A DNA stretch of 64,000 nt, taken from contig NIVC01000921.1 in NCBI GenBank assembly GCA_002269645.1, positions 1-64,000 on the forward strand. Direction: 5' to 3'. Made by a program: the position numbers and the translations under genes. Positions 48,495 to 60,321 of this stretch are shown here, piece after piece; positions within the stretch are counted from its first letter, which is position 1, and each line of letters begins with the position of its first letter. The stretch comes from Macrostomum lignano. Lineage: Eukaryota. The notes under the pieces are model-generated. The model saw nothing but the letters and a program-made list of their open reading frames with translations, did no database searches and had not been told where the DNA came from.

Positions 48495-50170
48495 GCTTAT
48501 GACTCAATGAGATTTATGGGCTATGACTCAATGAGACTTTTTGGGACTTATGGGCTGCGACTCAATGAGACTTTTAAGCTGACTCAATCAGACTTTTAAG
48601 CTGACTCAATCAGACTTTTGAGCTGACTCAATCAGACTTTTTGAGCTGACTCAATCAGACTTTTGAGTTGACTCAATCAGACTTTTGAGCTGACTCAATC
48701 AGACTTTTTGAGTTGACTCAATCAGACTTTTGAGTTGACTCAATCAGACTTTTGAGTTGACTCAATCAGACTTTTGAGTTGACTCAATCAGACCTTTTGA
48801 GCTGACTCAATCAGACTTTTGAGCTGACTCAATCAGACTTTTTGAGTTGACTCAATCAGACTTTTGAGCTGACTCAATCAGACCTTTTGAGCTGACTCAA
48901 TCAGACTTTTGAGCTGACTCAATCAGACTTTTGAGCTGACTCAATCAGACTTTTGAGTTGACTCAATCAGACTTTTGAGCTGACTCAATCAGACTTTTGA
49001 GTTGACTCAATCAGACTTTTGAGCTGACTCAATCAGACTTTTGAGTTGACTCAATCAGACTTTTGAGCTGACTCAATCAGACTTTTGAGTTGACTCAATC
49101 AGACTTTTGAGTTGACTCAATCAGACTTTTGAGCTGACTCAATCAGACTTTTGAGTTGACTCAATCAGACTTTTGAGCTGACTCAATCAGACTTTTGAGT
49201 TGACTCAATCAGACTTTTGAGCTGACTCAATCAGACTTTTGAGTTGACTCAATCAGACTTTTGAGCTGACTCAATCAGACTTTTGAGTTGACTCAATCAG
49301 ACTTTTGAGTTGACTCAATCAGACTTTTGAGCTGACTCAATCAGACTTTTGAGTTGACTCAATCAGACTTTTGAGCTGACTCAATCAGACTTTTGAGTTG
49401 ACTCAATCAGACTTTTGGGACTTTTGGGCTATGAATCAATGATAGACTTTTGAGCTATGAATCGATGATAGACTTTTGGGCTATGAATCAATGATAGACT
49501 TTTGGGCTATGAATCAATGATAGACTTTTGGGCTATGAATCAATGATAGACTTTTGGGCTATGAATCAATGATAGACTTTTGAGCTATGAATCAATGATA
49601 GACTTTTGGGCTATGAATCAATAATAGACTTTTGGGCTATGAATCAATGATAGACTTTTGGGCTATGAATCAATAATAGACTTTTGGGCTATGAATCAAT
49701 AATAGACTTTTGGGCTATGAATCAATGATAGACTTTTGGGCTATGAATCAATAATAGACTTTTGGGCTATGAATCAATGATAGACTTTTGGGCTATGAAT
49801 CAATAATAGACTTTTGGGCTATGAATCAATGATAGACTTTTGGGCTATGAATCAATAATAGACTTTTGGGCTATGAATCAATGATAGACTTTTGGGCTAT
49901 GAATCAATAATAGACTTTTGGGCTATGAATCAATGATAGACTTTTGGGCTATGAATCAATGATAGACTTTTGGGCTATGAATCAATGATAGACTTTTGGG
50001 CTATGAATCAATGATAGACTTTTGGGCTATGAATCAATGATAGACTTTTGGGCTATGAATCAATGATAGACTTTTGGGCTATGAATCAATGATAGACTTT
50101 TGGGCTATGAATCAATTATAGACTTCTGGGCTATGAATCGATGATAGACTTTTGGTCTATGACTCAATGA
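48495..50170. repeat. Two related adjacent arrays: 22-bp (GACTCAATCAGACTTTTGAGCT) to ~49420, then 26-bp (GACTTTTGGGCTATGAATCAATGATA)
   Basis: Tandem copies sharing the GACTTTTG and TGA(C/A)TCAAT cores. Confidence 0.95.
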
Positions 50171-51312
50171 TATTCCGAGGAAATCTACTTGTTTTCATAT
50201 AAACTGCTAATAAAAATGCTTTTAATAACTTAGACGAAACAGAACCGACTGCCGAATCCAAAAATTGAAACGTGTACAAAACACACGCAAGTGTATATTA
50301 TGTTTATTAATATGAGTAACTGAGGATTTACTTTTTGCAAGTGAAATTACAGAAGGCTGGTGGGCGGGTGGAGCAAATAGCCAGGGAAATTAAATTTGCT
50401 GCATTTAATAGAAAAAGCACAATTTTTTCAACATGATCAACGAACATGACCGCTTCTGTCAAGCTTTAATAAAGATCAAGTTTACTGTCAATGCAGATTA
50501 TTAGCTTAGTGTAGTAAGGAGGGCAATAGATATAAGATATATATAATATGAATACGAGACAATAATTGGTTATAATGACATAATTAACAGTTCAAAAGCA
50601 TCAATTAATAAGCGGTCATCAGTGTATCATATAAATTTCTAAACCTGTTAGAACTATAATTAGCGCCTCTAAGGACTTGATAACACTGAACTATGATCTT
50701 ACTAAATCACTATGCAAATAACTACCAAAGCTACAGACACCACCGCAACTGCCGCTCTCTCTATCTGCCTGGTTCAACTGCATCAAAGAAGGGAAGAGAA
50801 AATATTAGTTATAAAAAACTCTTGACAGCCAGAAGAAGAAGATCTAAAAAACAGCAATAGAAATGGAAACAAATTAAACAGTTTAATTCAGTAGAGAAAC
50901 CGCACGAACAGACACGGTAAACTGGGACAAACAATAGAAGAAAAAATAGAAATTGCAGCACCGATACACGCTGTTTTCATAATTAATAATAATAATTAGG
51001 CTTGGGGGAGACTGCTAATGGCTTAACAATAGATAACTATATGAAGACATTGTACTGGCCAAAATATTACCGAGCCCCTCAATTAACATTTATAAATCAG
51101 TAATATTTGTAACAACTAATAAGAAGTGTGCGCTACTAGAACACAAACAACACCCCAGAAGCAAGCGCAAGGGACAGGGAGTTAACATTAACACTACAAT
51201 TAGTTAAAAAGCATATTATTACAATAGCAAGTCCTCAGAATTTGTTTATAGATTTAAGGCACAATTAAAGCAAACTAGATAAAGAAAAGGTGCGCCAACA
51301 ATTCATAGAGAC

Positions 51313-51319
51313 AGGCAAG

Positions 51320-51374
<55 letters not shown>

Positions 51375-51400
51375 ACAGACAGACAGACAGACAGACAGGC

Positions 51401-51441
<41 letters not shown>

Positions 51442-51784
51442 GGCAGACAGACAGACAGGCAGGAAGGCAGACAGACAGACAGACAGACAGACAGGCAGAC
51501 AGACAGACAGGCAGACAGACAGGCAGGAAGGCAGACAGACAGACAGACAGACAGGCAGACAGACAGACAGGCAGGAAGGCAGACAGGCAGGCAGACAGAC
51601 AGACAGACAGACAGGCAGACAGACAGACAGACAGGCAGACAGACAGACAGACAGACAGGCAGACAGACAGACAGACAGACAGACAGGCAGACAGACAGAC
51701 AGGCAGGAAGGCAGACAGGCAGGCAGACAGACAGACAGACAGACAGACAGACAGGCAGGCAGACAGACAGACAGACAGACAGGC

Positions 51785-51821
<37 letters not shown>

Positions 51822-51833
51822 GGCAGACAGACC

Positions 51834-51885
<52 letters not shown>

Positions 51886-51990
51886 GCCAGACAGGCAGGC
51901 AGACAGACAGACACTAAGACACTAAGACAGGCAGACAGGCAGGCAGACAAACAGACAGACAGACAGACAGGCAGACCAGACAGACAGAGA
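51313..51990. repeat. (CAGA/CAGG)n microsatellite
   Basis: Direct reading. Confidence 0.95.
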
Positions 51991-53788
51991 GTCAGAGACA
52001 AAGACAGAGTACATTAATGAAATGAAGGCCAAAATATTCACCCCTGTACACAGTTGCGCATGAAAAGAACAGTGCGAATTAATGCATATCTCGTATACAT
52101 TTGCTATAAAATTTTAAGCAGCGTACGCGCATTCTTCACATCGGTGCATAGAATGGAACTATATAAACAAAAGCATTTTTAATTACAAGTGCAAATTTCG
52201 AATACTTAAAGTAAACATCTCTGGTATTCGATTCAAGTTATAAGGTGAATTTATGAATTATTTTGTGTCCATTTCCATTCTGATAACTGGAAGATTATAC
52301 TATAACTTTCTACATTTTTAAAGAACATTAAAACTCATAGAACACGAAATCCAACGATTCATGCTAACTACTTCGACCTATACTACTAACAGTATTACAT
52401 GACATCATCTGATGCAAAAAGCTGCGAAAATTATCTACTAATAGCTTCTATTGCTTTGCTTCATCATAATTATTATCTGTATTCAGGTTATATAAAATAT
52501 TACGCAAGACCTAGCTAAGCTAAGCCTCATTTCCTAACCAGTAATAAATAGGTGTACGAACTACGGACGGCAGATAAGGAGATGAGCTAAATAAACTTGA
52601 ACAATACAATACACCCGACGTAGATTCAGTTGAGCCACAGATAGTAGAATAACTAGATGTATCACTCGCAAAAAATACGCTGATGGACTCTGTTTTGAGT
52701 AGCAAAATTAGCATTTTTGCATTAAATCTTACAAACTATTTACAAATTTTTGAAGCTGCAACAATCGTCTTTTGCTTCCTACAAGTAGACCCATTAAAGT
52801 AGTATCTTCACCTTGTTTAAAGCTGCACCCAAATCCAGTGAGTGTGCATTGCCAGCAAAAGAGAAAGGGTGTGGCGCCCCAGCCAGACCCATAAACAGTT
52901 GGGCTTTCCTCTTTCCCGCTTGTGACTCACTTTGACCTCTTACTGCTCTCTCATTGGCTGAGCGAGATCGGGTCTACCCCTTAAGCCTGAGCTTCGTCCG
53001 TCTGATTTTGACCTCTCTCCTTACTGCTCTCTTATTGGCTGAGCTAGGTTGGGCCTGTCCCCGTAGGCTGTGCTTCGTTTGTCTTGCGTTTACTTGTGTA
53101 CATCGAGTTAATTGCTAATTTTTCATTCTTAACCCATTATGCCTCCGAGACCGCAAGCCTCGTAAAAGGAAAGGAAATATTAGCTGCCAAATTAAATTTA
53201 AGCGACAATGCGCAAACAAACTACTGAAAAAAGTAGACACTCTACTTTTACACAGGTTTAAATTGCGAGTGACATAATATCTGGTTACTCTAGTATCTAT
53301 GAGTCAAACAAACGAATCGCATTGGCGAGAAGGAAGCTGGAAAAAGATCTTTCACACATAGAAGGATAATTAAGATTATCATTACCGTAAAGAAACCATG
53401 GTGTCGCATCACTCCACTCAGAAGTGGGTCGATAAAAATGGAGAAACCGAGAATGATATTTATGCATATATGGTTAGGAGTTTATATAGTTAAGTCTGTA
53501 TGAATTCGCTATTTTACTAGTAAAACAAACAATGGGGAAACCACCGTGCTGCTGCCAATGAACATTTTAATGATCAATAAACAGAGAGACAAACAGACAG
53601 ACTCTAGCGAGCGTAGGCCTACAAACAGCGGAGAGATATAAAGATAACAGAGAGAAAAGATGCCATCATAAGCTAAAAAACAAACAAATAACAAAACTAA
53701 TAATTAGCTAATGTAAAGCATGGATAACAGAATTGGTATCTCTAACAATATATATATAGAGAGAAATCGGTGTGTATGTATAAAAACG

Positions 53789-56053
53789 TCAGTCCGCTGC
53801 ACCAGCGGGCGGCAGTGCGGACAGGCGGAAGGCGAACACGCCAATTCTGAGGCCGCACAGGCCGGCAGACGCGGAGGAGCTGGCCAGTGTAGAGCGAAGT
53901 TCCGCCGCCTCGCCGGCAACGCAAGCTGAAGCGGAGGATCTGGGAAAAGCGATGCGCAAACAATTCTCGCCAGCTGTTGGACCGGTTAGCGCAGTAAGAA
54001 ACGGTGCGCCGCAGGCTGTTAGAGATCGTTGAATAGCGCCATTGAGCTGAACAGATTCAACTAAGCAGGGCCCGTCGGATAGCCAGCAGTGCATTGAAAT
54101 TGGATCCGGGCAAGGCTGACGGCGCATCAAGGCCGAGCAGGGACGCTGACGGCAGTGCAGCAGGGCGACGGCGTGGCCATATTTGGAGGCCTCCTCTTCG
54201 GGCAGGCGAAAGCGCACCTGGCACACAAGGCCTGGCTGTGGTCGCAGGTAGCGTGGAGCAAATAATAGCGCCGCAGGAGCGAAGCCTAGCCTAGCCAGAT
54301 GATCGGCCAGATGGTCGTGCATAGTCCGGCACAGATGGCCAACGTACAATTGCAGTACGGCTGCACTTTGAGGACAGGCGCGCCTGGCGTACCGTAGCGG
54401 AGTTTGACCTTCGCAGGTTTCTACACCAAAATCGACACCGCCAAGGCTGCACAATGCGTCTACTAAATGCGGCTTGCGCAGCTTAATAGCACGCTGCAAA
54501 GTGGAATTGCCGGCCGGACAAAGCAAATTGGGATCGGCGCCGGCTAGCAACAGGCGATGAACTAATGCCGGCGAGTCTCGTTCAACTGCCAGCATTAGCA
54601 GTGTTAGACCGGACTCGGGGGAGCGACAATCAATGTCTATAGTCTCTGATAGGTGAGCCACGGTGCCAGCCGTATCTAGTAACAAATCAACTATGCAAGC
54701 GTGACCGCGGGCCACGGCTAAACAGAGAAGCCGCTGCAAGTCTGCTATAGTCAGCTGCGGCTCCTGCTGGCTGACGGTCCGGCTAACAGCCGGCCAGTCG
54801 CCTCGTTCAACCGCTCGGCAGAGCAGCGGCCAGGAAAGCGGAGGCGGCCGGTTTGGCGGCAGTCGGGCAGCCTGTCCGGCCAGGTGAGCGCGCAGCAGTT
54901 CAGCCTGATTAGCTACGTAGCGAAAGTCGGCCGCTGTCTCTTCGATTGGCGTCGTTGAGACCGACGCTGACGATGATGTCGACGGCTGCTGTTGTTGCTG
55001 CGGCGGAGGCGGCGGAGTCGGCGTCGAGGACACCGCCGAGGCGGTCGCGGACGCCGCTTTGTCTGATCGTTCATCGGAGGCGTCGCCAGCGGCTGAAGCT
55101 GCGGCCGAGGCCGAGGCAGAGGCTGTCGCAGCGGTGGTTGAGTCTCGCTTAGCGGAACCGAGCAAATCCGCCAGCAGCGGCGACTGATGCTGCGATGGCT
55201 TTGTTGATGACGCCGACGAAGCGGATTGCTGCGTAGGCGTTGGCGGTTGGACTGACTCTCCAACCGTGGCGGCAGACGCTATTGTTGAGTCTTTCAAAAC
55301 TTGTCCGCCGCTTCCAGTTGTTGCAGCGGCAGCCGAGACAGTCGGTTTGCCTTCGATTTCTAAAGTGCTCGACGAGCCAATTGAGTTAGCGAAACTGCTG
55401 CCGCCTTCGGAATTGTTTGAATTGCCCTCCTCCCCGGTTGTGTCCTCGGCCGATGCGTCCTCGCTCTCTCGGCCGACGCTAACTCCGCTGCCACCGTTCA
55501 GCCGACGCCGGGATTTTGGCCGATTTTCGTCCAGACTGTCCACCAATTTGTTAGTCTTTGCCGACCCACCGCCAGTTGTTGGCAAATGCATTGCTGCCGC
55601 CGCTGCCGTTGTTGAGGAGCCTTGATCCCATCGCTTTGGCGCTGGACGCTTTCTGCTGCCGCTGCTATTGCTGCTGTTACTATTGCCGCCAGTCGATGCC
55701 CGATTGCTGCTGCTGCCGCTGCTGAGCTTACTGGCTCGAGCCGATCGGAAGGCTTGAATCATATCGGATACAACTGTTAAATTGTCCTCAGGCTCCCAGG
55801 TGTCATTCGATGGCGGATAATTTTTCCAGCGAACTTTAAAATAAGACATGCCATTCTCAGTTTTCTCGGCCAGAATTTTGCCAACAACATATAAATCGTC
55901 GCCATTGTTTGATGCTGATGGCGGGGATGGTGCACTTTTAGCGCCAAGTCCTCCACTGACGCCGCCCGCCTTGACTGCGGAGGCTGCTGCAACTGCCGCC
56001 ACTGTGCCTGAGGCGGCGCCGCAATTGCTAGGCCGCCTGGCTGTTGTCTCCAT
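53789..56053 (-). CDS. MPHOSPH8: M-phase phosphoprotein 8-like chromodomain-ankyrin protein (single exon, 754 aa)
   Basis: N-terminal chromodomain (YVVGKILAEK...YFKVRWKNYPPSNDTWEPEDNL), a long low-complexity linker, ankyrin repeats (GLTLLMLAVERDSPALVHRLLLAGADPN, GNSTLQRAI, GQTPLRYA), and a C-terminal domain GPCLVESVQLN...AGENCLRIAF...IGVFAFRL. That last domain resembles, from memory, the MPP8 C-terminus (GPCSVQAVVLN...AGPNKLFIRL...IGAYRV). Confidence 0.8.
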   Translation of the reverse strand: METTARRPSNCGAASGTVAAVAAASAVKAGGVSGGLGAKSAPSPPSASNNGDDLYVVGKILAEKTENGMSYFKVRWKNYPPSNDTWEPEDNLTVVSDMIQAFRSARASKLSSGSSSNRASTGGNSNSSNSSGSRKRPAPKRWDQGSSTTAAAAAMHLPTTGGGSAKTNKLVDSLDENRPKSRRRLNGGSGVSVGRESEDASAEDTTGEEGNSNNSEGGSSFANSIGSSSTLEIEGKPTVSAAAATTGSGGQVLKDSTIASAATVGESVQPPTPTQQSASSASSTKPSQHQSPLLADLLGSAKRDSTTAATASASASAAASAAGDASDERSDKAASATASAVSSTPTPPPPPQQQQQPSTSSSASVSTTPIEETAADFRYVANQAELLRAHLAGQAARLPPNRPPPLSWPLLCRAVERGDWPAVSRTVSQQEPQLTIADLQRLLCLAVARGHACIVDLLLDTAGTVAHLSETIDIDCRSPESGLTLLMLAVERDSPALVHRLLLAGADPNLLCPAGNSTLQRAIKLRKPHLVDALCSLGGVDFGVETCEGQTPLRYARRACPQSAAVLQLYVGHLCRTMHDHLADHLARLGFAPAALLFAPRYLRPQPGLVCQVRFRLPEEEASKYGHAVALLHCRQRPCSALMRRQPCPDPISMHCWLSDGPCLVESVQLNGAIQRSLTACGAPFLTALTGPTAGENCLRIAFPRSSASACVAGEAAELRSTLASSSASAGLCGLRIGVFAFRLSALPPAGAAD

Positions 56054-56569
56054 TTATAGAGAATTCCAAAATAAAGCGCTTAGGCCTGCTTTTTACGCAT
56101 CGGAGCGATTGGCCAATGGTGAAAAGGCGCGCGCCCGAACAGCAACTCAGACTGCTTCAAGATGGAAGAGCCACAAGGTCAATGAGCGTTTAAGAAAGTT
56201 CAGCTCAAGGATTCGACACCTAGTAGGTCAACTTGGAGGTGCGCAACTCCCAGAGTTATTCCAGAAATTCTTTATCAAGTTATGCGCCAGTGCTGAAAGA
56301 TAAGGTTGAACAAATAAACTTAATGCATATTGCTACAGCCATTAGTTTATAAAACCAATGTTTAAGCCAATTAAACCATAAATATTCAGGTTATACAAAT
56401 TAAAAAGAATATTTGAGTCAAAGGTTTTATAAAATGTCACATTCACAATGCTATATGGCATCCTGGATTCACACTCTGTCTAAGTGCAATTTGTTAGGAA
56501 TAGTTATAAAAACTGTTTTATCTAGGGACATAAAAGTTAAACATAATACCAATATGAATAATAAGATTT

Positions 56570-58796
56570 TGATGTAACCGCCCTTGTCGCCTGTCCGCTC
56601 CGTAGAGAGACGAACGCATGACTAGAGGGGGCAATGACCGTAGGCTGCCTATGACCGGGCAACGACCTGACGGACCTCCAGCACCAGACTGTCCCGCCTA
56701 CATGATTAGTAGCTTTTGGTAGCGCTTCGTGACCAGAGGGCCAAGGACCCACATGGACCCCACCTGTAGCCAAGGTGCAATAGTTGGTCACTCGGTCATG
56801 GTATGACCGAGTGGCTGCCACCACTCTATGTGACCTGGCGCACCTGGATCTTTCTACCAGACCTCTCGAGGCTAGAGCCCCGCCTGGATTGGTTACCAGG
56901 GGATTTAGGCTAACAGGGGAGACGCATGCAGCCGAGTACAGGGACTCTGCTTGGGGCATGATCGGGAACTCTGGGCTCAATCCTGGAGGATTTCTCAGCA
57001 GGGGATCCTTTGTGGCTGTGAGCGAGGCTGACTTGCGACTTTGATTACTAAGAGTAGTATGAGGCGAACATGTACTGTCTACAGTTTAGATTGCTCAGGG
57101 CGAAGGGACGCGTCAGCATGGGGTTGCAACCTTCCTACTGCCATTCTGTGCCAAGACTCGCTAATCCCTCTACTGCACGCACACGCGGCCCCGCAGCACG
57201 CACTCACAGGCGGGCTTTGCACGGGGAGAGGCCATTAGCTTACCCAAACTTCCTTATGCTTTGCCACCCCGGGAGAAAGGCTTAGCAAGCCATGAGTTAA
57301 ATGATGGTGAAAGATTGAATAATGATGAAGTTAGTTAATAGTTAATAATTAGGCCCTTAGGCGAATAACCAGGCAATTAGGCGACTTCACTATTGTGTAA
57401 AATACAGCAAAAGATACGGTATCACAATTGGCTCAGCTCTCTAATCAGACAATGGAAAATAGGCAAACCCCGGATAAGCAAAGGCAATTAGAGCACAAAT
57501 TAGTAACAGGAACTTACCGGCAGCTGCACAGAGAGAGAGAGAGGCGGAGTGACCAGTGGCGGCTGTAGGCTGCAATCAGGCAGACGGTGAAGCGGCGATG
57601 CGCTGGAGCGACGAGGCGCTGATGTGGATCAGGCGATGCTGATGATGCTGGGCGGTATCAGACCGCTGGCCGATAGGCGAGCTCACTTGGGGAGCTAAGG
57701 ATAACTTGGCGGTGACAGACCGCGGACCGGCAGAGGTTCGTCTTATAGACGAATGGGTCAGAACTCAGTCTGACGGCACGCCCCAAGAGGCGAAAAGTTG
57801 AAGCGCAGAACGCGAGAGAAAAAAAAACTGACGATTCTCATGCCGAAATCGCTTCCTTTTATAGACCTCACAGCCGCCTCCTCAAGGTCGTTACCATGGC
57901 TCCCTCTCTCTGATTGGCTGCCGGCAGAATGACGTCAGAATGAGTCATGATGAGAAGCATGAGACCGGCATAGCAACATGAGAAATAGGGAAGTTGCGCA
58001 ATCCGGAGGTGGGGTGGGGGGATAATTGGCGCAGCGGGTGGTCGCGAAAGTGTTGCGCAAGCAAACATTGAGAACAATAGGGCTGGGGTCGAGAACAAAG
58101 GAATTGGAAATCGGGGATAATTGGGGAAAACTGAGAACAATGGAAAAGTAAACATTGGAGAAAAGGTGATAATTAGGTGCGAAAACGAGAACAAAAGAAA
58201 GAGAAAATCGGAGAAAATGTGATAATTGGTGGGGGTCGAGAGAACAAAAGAATCAAAAACGAGAACAATAGAAGCGGAGGTGGGGTGGGTGTCGCATGAG
58301 AAATTTGGGGAGGAGAACAATGGCATGAGAAAAGGTTGCGCAAGAGAGGGGGATGAGTCATCAATGAGTCATCGGGGGGAAGAAGGGGTCACACGACTTG
58401 CGTCACCGTTTGGGAGTTTGGGAGGGGATGGGGAGACGGTGAGCACACAAAATACTGTAAGTAGACACAGGGAAGGAGGGGACAGCGCAGGAAAAGAGTG
58501 CAGAGAGAGATAAAAAGAGGGGGGAAAGGGAAAGTACAGGAAGAATAGGGTGGAGTGCAGGGGAGATAAGGTAGAGGGGAGGGTACAGAGAGGGGTAGGG
58601 GGCTCCGGAAAGGCAGGTGTGGCGGCAGGAGAGACGGGACCAAGGCAGCAGGAGGGGTGCAGCAGAGCGGGAGTCTCCAGGCCCGGTCGGAGACCTGGCC
58701 GAGTCTCGACAGCTCTGTGCAGAGGGTGCACGGGATAGGAGGCACTTTCGAAAAAGTTCCCATGCCCTATCCCGCGACCAGAGCGTGGTTACATCA
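56570..58796 (-). mobile_element. Probable solo LTR (Ty3/Gypsy-like), 2,227 bp
   Basis: Ends TGATGTAACC...GGTTACATCA (10-bp perfect inverted ends, TG..CA), flanked by the direct repeat ATTT (56566-56569 and 58797-58800). Minus-strand TATAAAA at 57863-57857 and donor GTAAGT at 57517. No gag/pol ORF inside. A non-autonomous Ginger-type element is an alternative. Confidence 0.7.
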
Positions 58797-59672
58797 ATTT
58801 TCAATATTTAGATCAATGATTCAATGGTTGCATTTTATCTAAGCAAGTGACAATCACCATTCCTTTAATTTTATATGGGCTATATTCATATATGTCAACT
58901 TTGCTTTTGATTCTTCTACTTCTATCTTTGGTACTATGTCTCTTCTCTTCTCCTGTCTCTATTCTCCTGTTACTTCTATGAGCTATTTTCTAATGCTTTT
59001 GCTCTTTTTCTTCTATTGCAAAAGTTCTATCCATGGTTGAACTAGTGGGCTTGACTTGGTATAACTCTATCCTTTAATACTTATTCTACTTTTAGCCATA
59101 TCTTTTGAAGGAAATAACATTCTGTTGAAATTAAAAAAGCAATAAAACTGTAAAATACTTATCTATATAGTGATACATTGCATTTAATTATGATTTTGCC
59201 ATCAGTATATGTGGAAAAATAGTGGGAAAAAGGTATGGATCAATTTTCCCACTATTTTTAGGATTTACCTTGTATTAAGGCAAAATGCTTTGTCATCTAG
59301 TACCATATCTGTATTTTTAGGTAGGCATTTTTGTGACTTACCTTGGCTAGGCCCCAGATCAGCTAGCTTGGCTAGGTATTAGGCATATACAAAACTATAT
59401 TTTATCCTATAGTTGTGCAATAAAAATTTCAGTTTTGTATTGTTTTTTTATTTTATAAGACCAAGCCAAAAATATATTTGCAAATAAAATGTTTTGTTCC
59501 TTTTTGAATCAAGTATATTTGTAAAAAATGTTGTATATAAATACTAAAATTTGTCACTTTTCTAAGACTAGATCAACAATATGAAAAATGATATAGGTTA
59601 ACTTTTAATTATATAAAAATATTTAGATTAGTCTAGGAATAGCTATTACTATATATTTAAATAACTATACCT

Positions 59673-60321
59673 CCATAGTGTGGAAGGATGGGTATACACC
59701 AGAAATCTCCGTCGTACACAGGGATCGCCTGTCGTACATGTTGTACATTGCTAATTTTTGGGGGGCGCTATGTCGTACACTGTCATATATGTAAACATGT
59801 TACATGTCTGTCTGTCGTACACTTGTCAATGTCATACGACTCATACGTGAAGTATAGACATAATTAGTATTCCTTTGATGGACAATCGGACACTAGTACC
59901 AGATACTCGTAGTCTTGTAACTAACTCATAACGTCGTTGTTAACGTATTGCGTTGAAGCAAAGAAGTAAAAATTCAATAGTTGCACTTTTCCACTCAAAG
60001 GGTAATTTAAATTATCAGTATTATATTCGTACAAACTCTTAAATTCAATTTTATTGGCGCAAAACTATACTTGACATTGCAAGCAGAAAAGTACAATATA
60101 TCTGTTGTTTTACTTGGCATATTAAAAAAACGCAATATCAAGAATTTCCCGCACCTACCCACATATGTAAGTGCCACTATTTTTGTCGTACAGCACTTCC
60201 TTAAACTCTAACTCTGTCGTACAACACTAGTACCATTTTCCAATCCCTGTCGTACTGTCGTACAACAGGCCGAAATGAAAGTTTACCTTCCATCGTATAC
60301 AGAAATCCTTCCGCACTATGG
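59673..60321. mobile_element. MITE, 649 bp, 17-bp TIRs, 8-bp TSD (hAT- or P-like)
   Basis: CCATAGTGTGGAAGGAT at the left end and ATCCTTCCGCACTATGG at the right end (16/17 inverted match). Flanked by the direct repeat CTATACCT (59665-59672 and 60322-60329). Eight subterminal GTCGTAC motifs. Confidence 0.85.

Noticed and set aside
54094-56303. Overlapping or antisense ORFs on GC-rich exons (also 1178-1558, 6280-6633, 24412-24651, 43149-43964)
   Set aside because: Shadow frames of real coding sequence. Many begin at TTG/GTG because the ORF track uses alternative starts.
56537-58842. ORFs inside the LTR-like element as gag/pol
   Set aside because: Short, overlapping on both strands, and lacking zinc-knuckle, protease, RT or integrase motifs.
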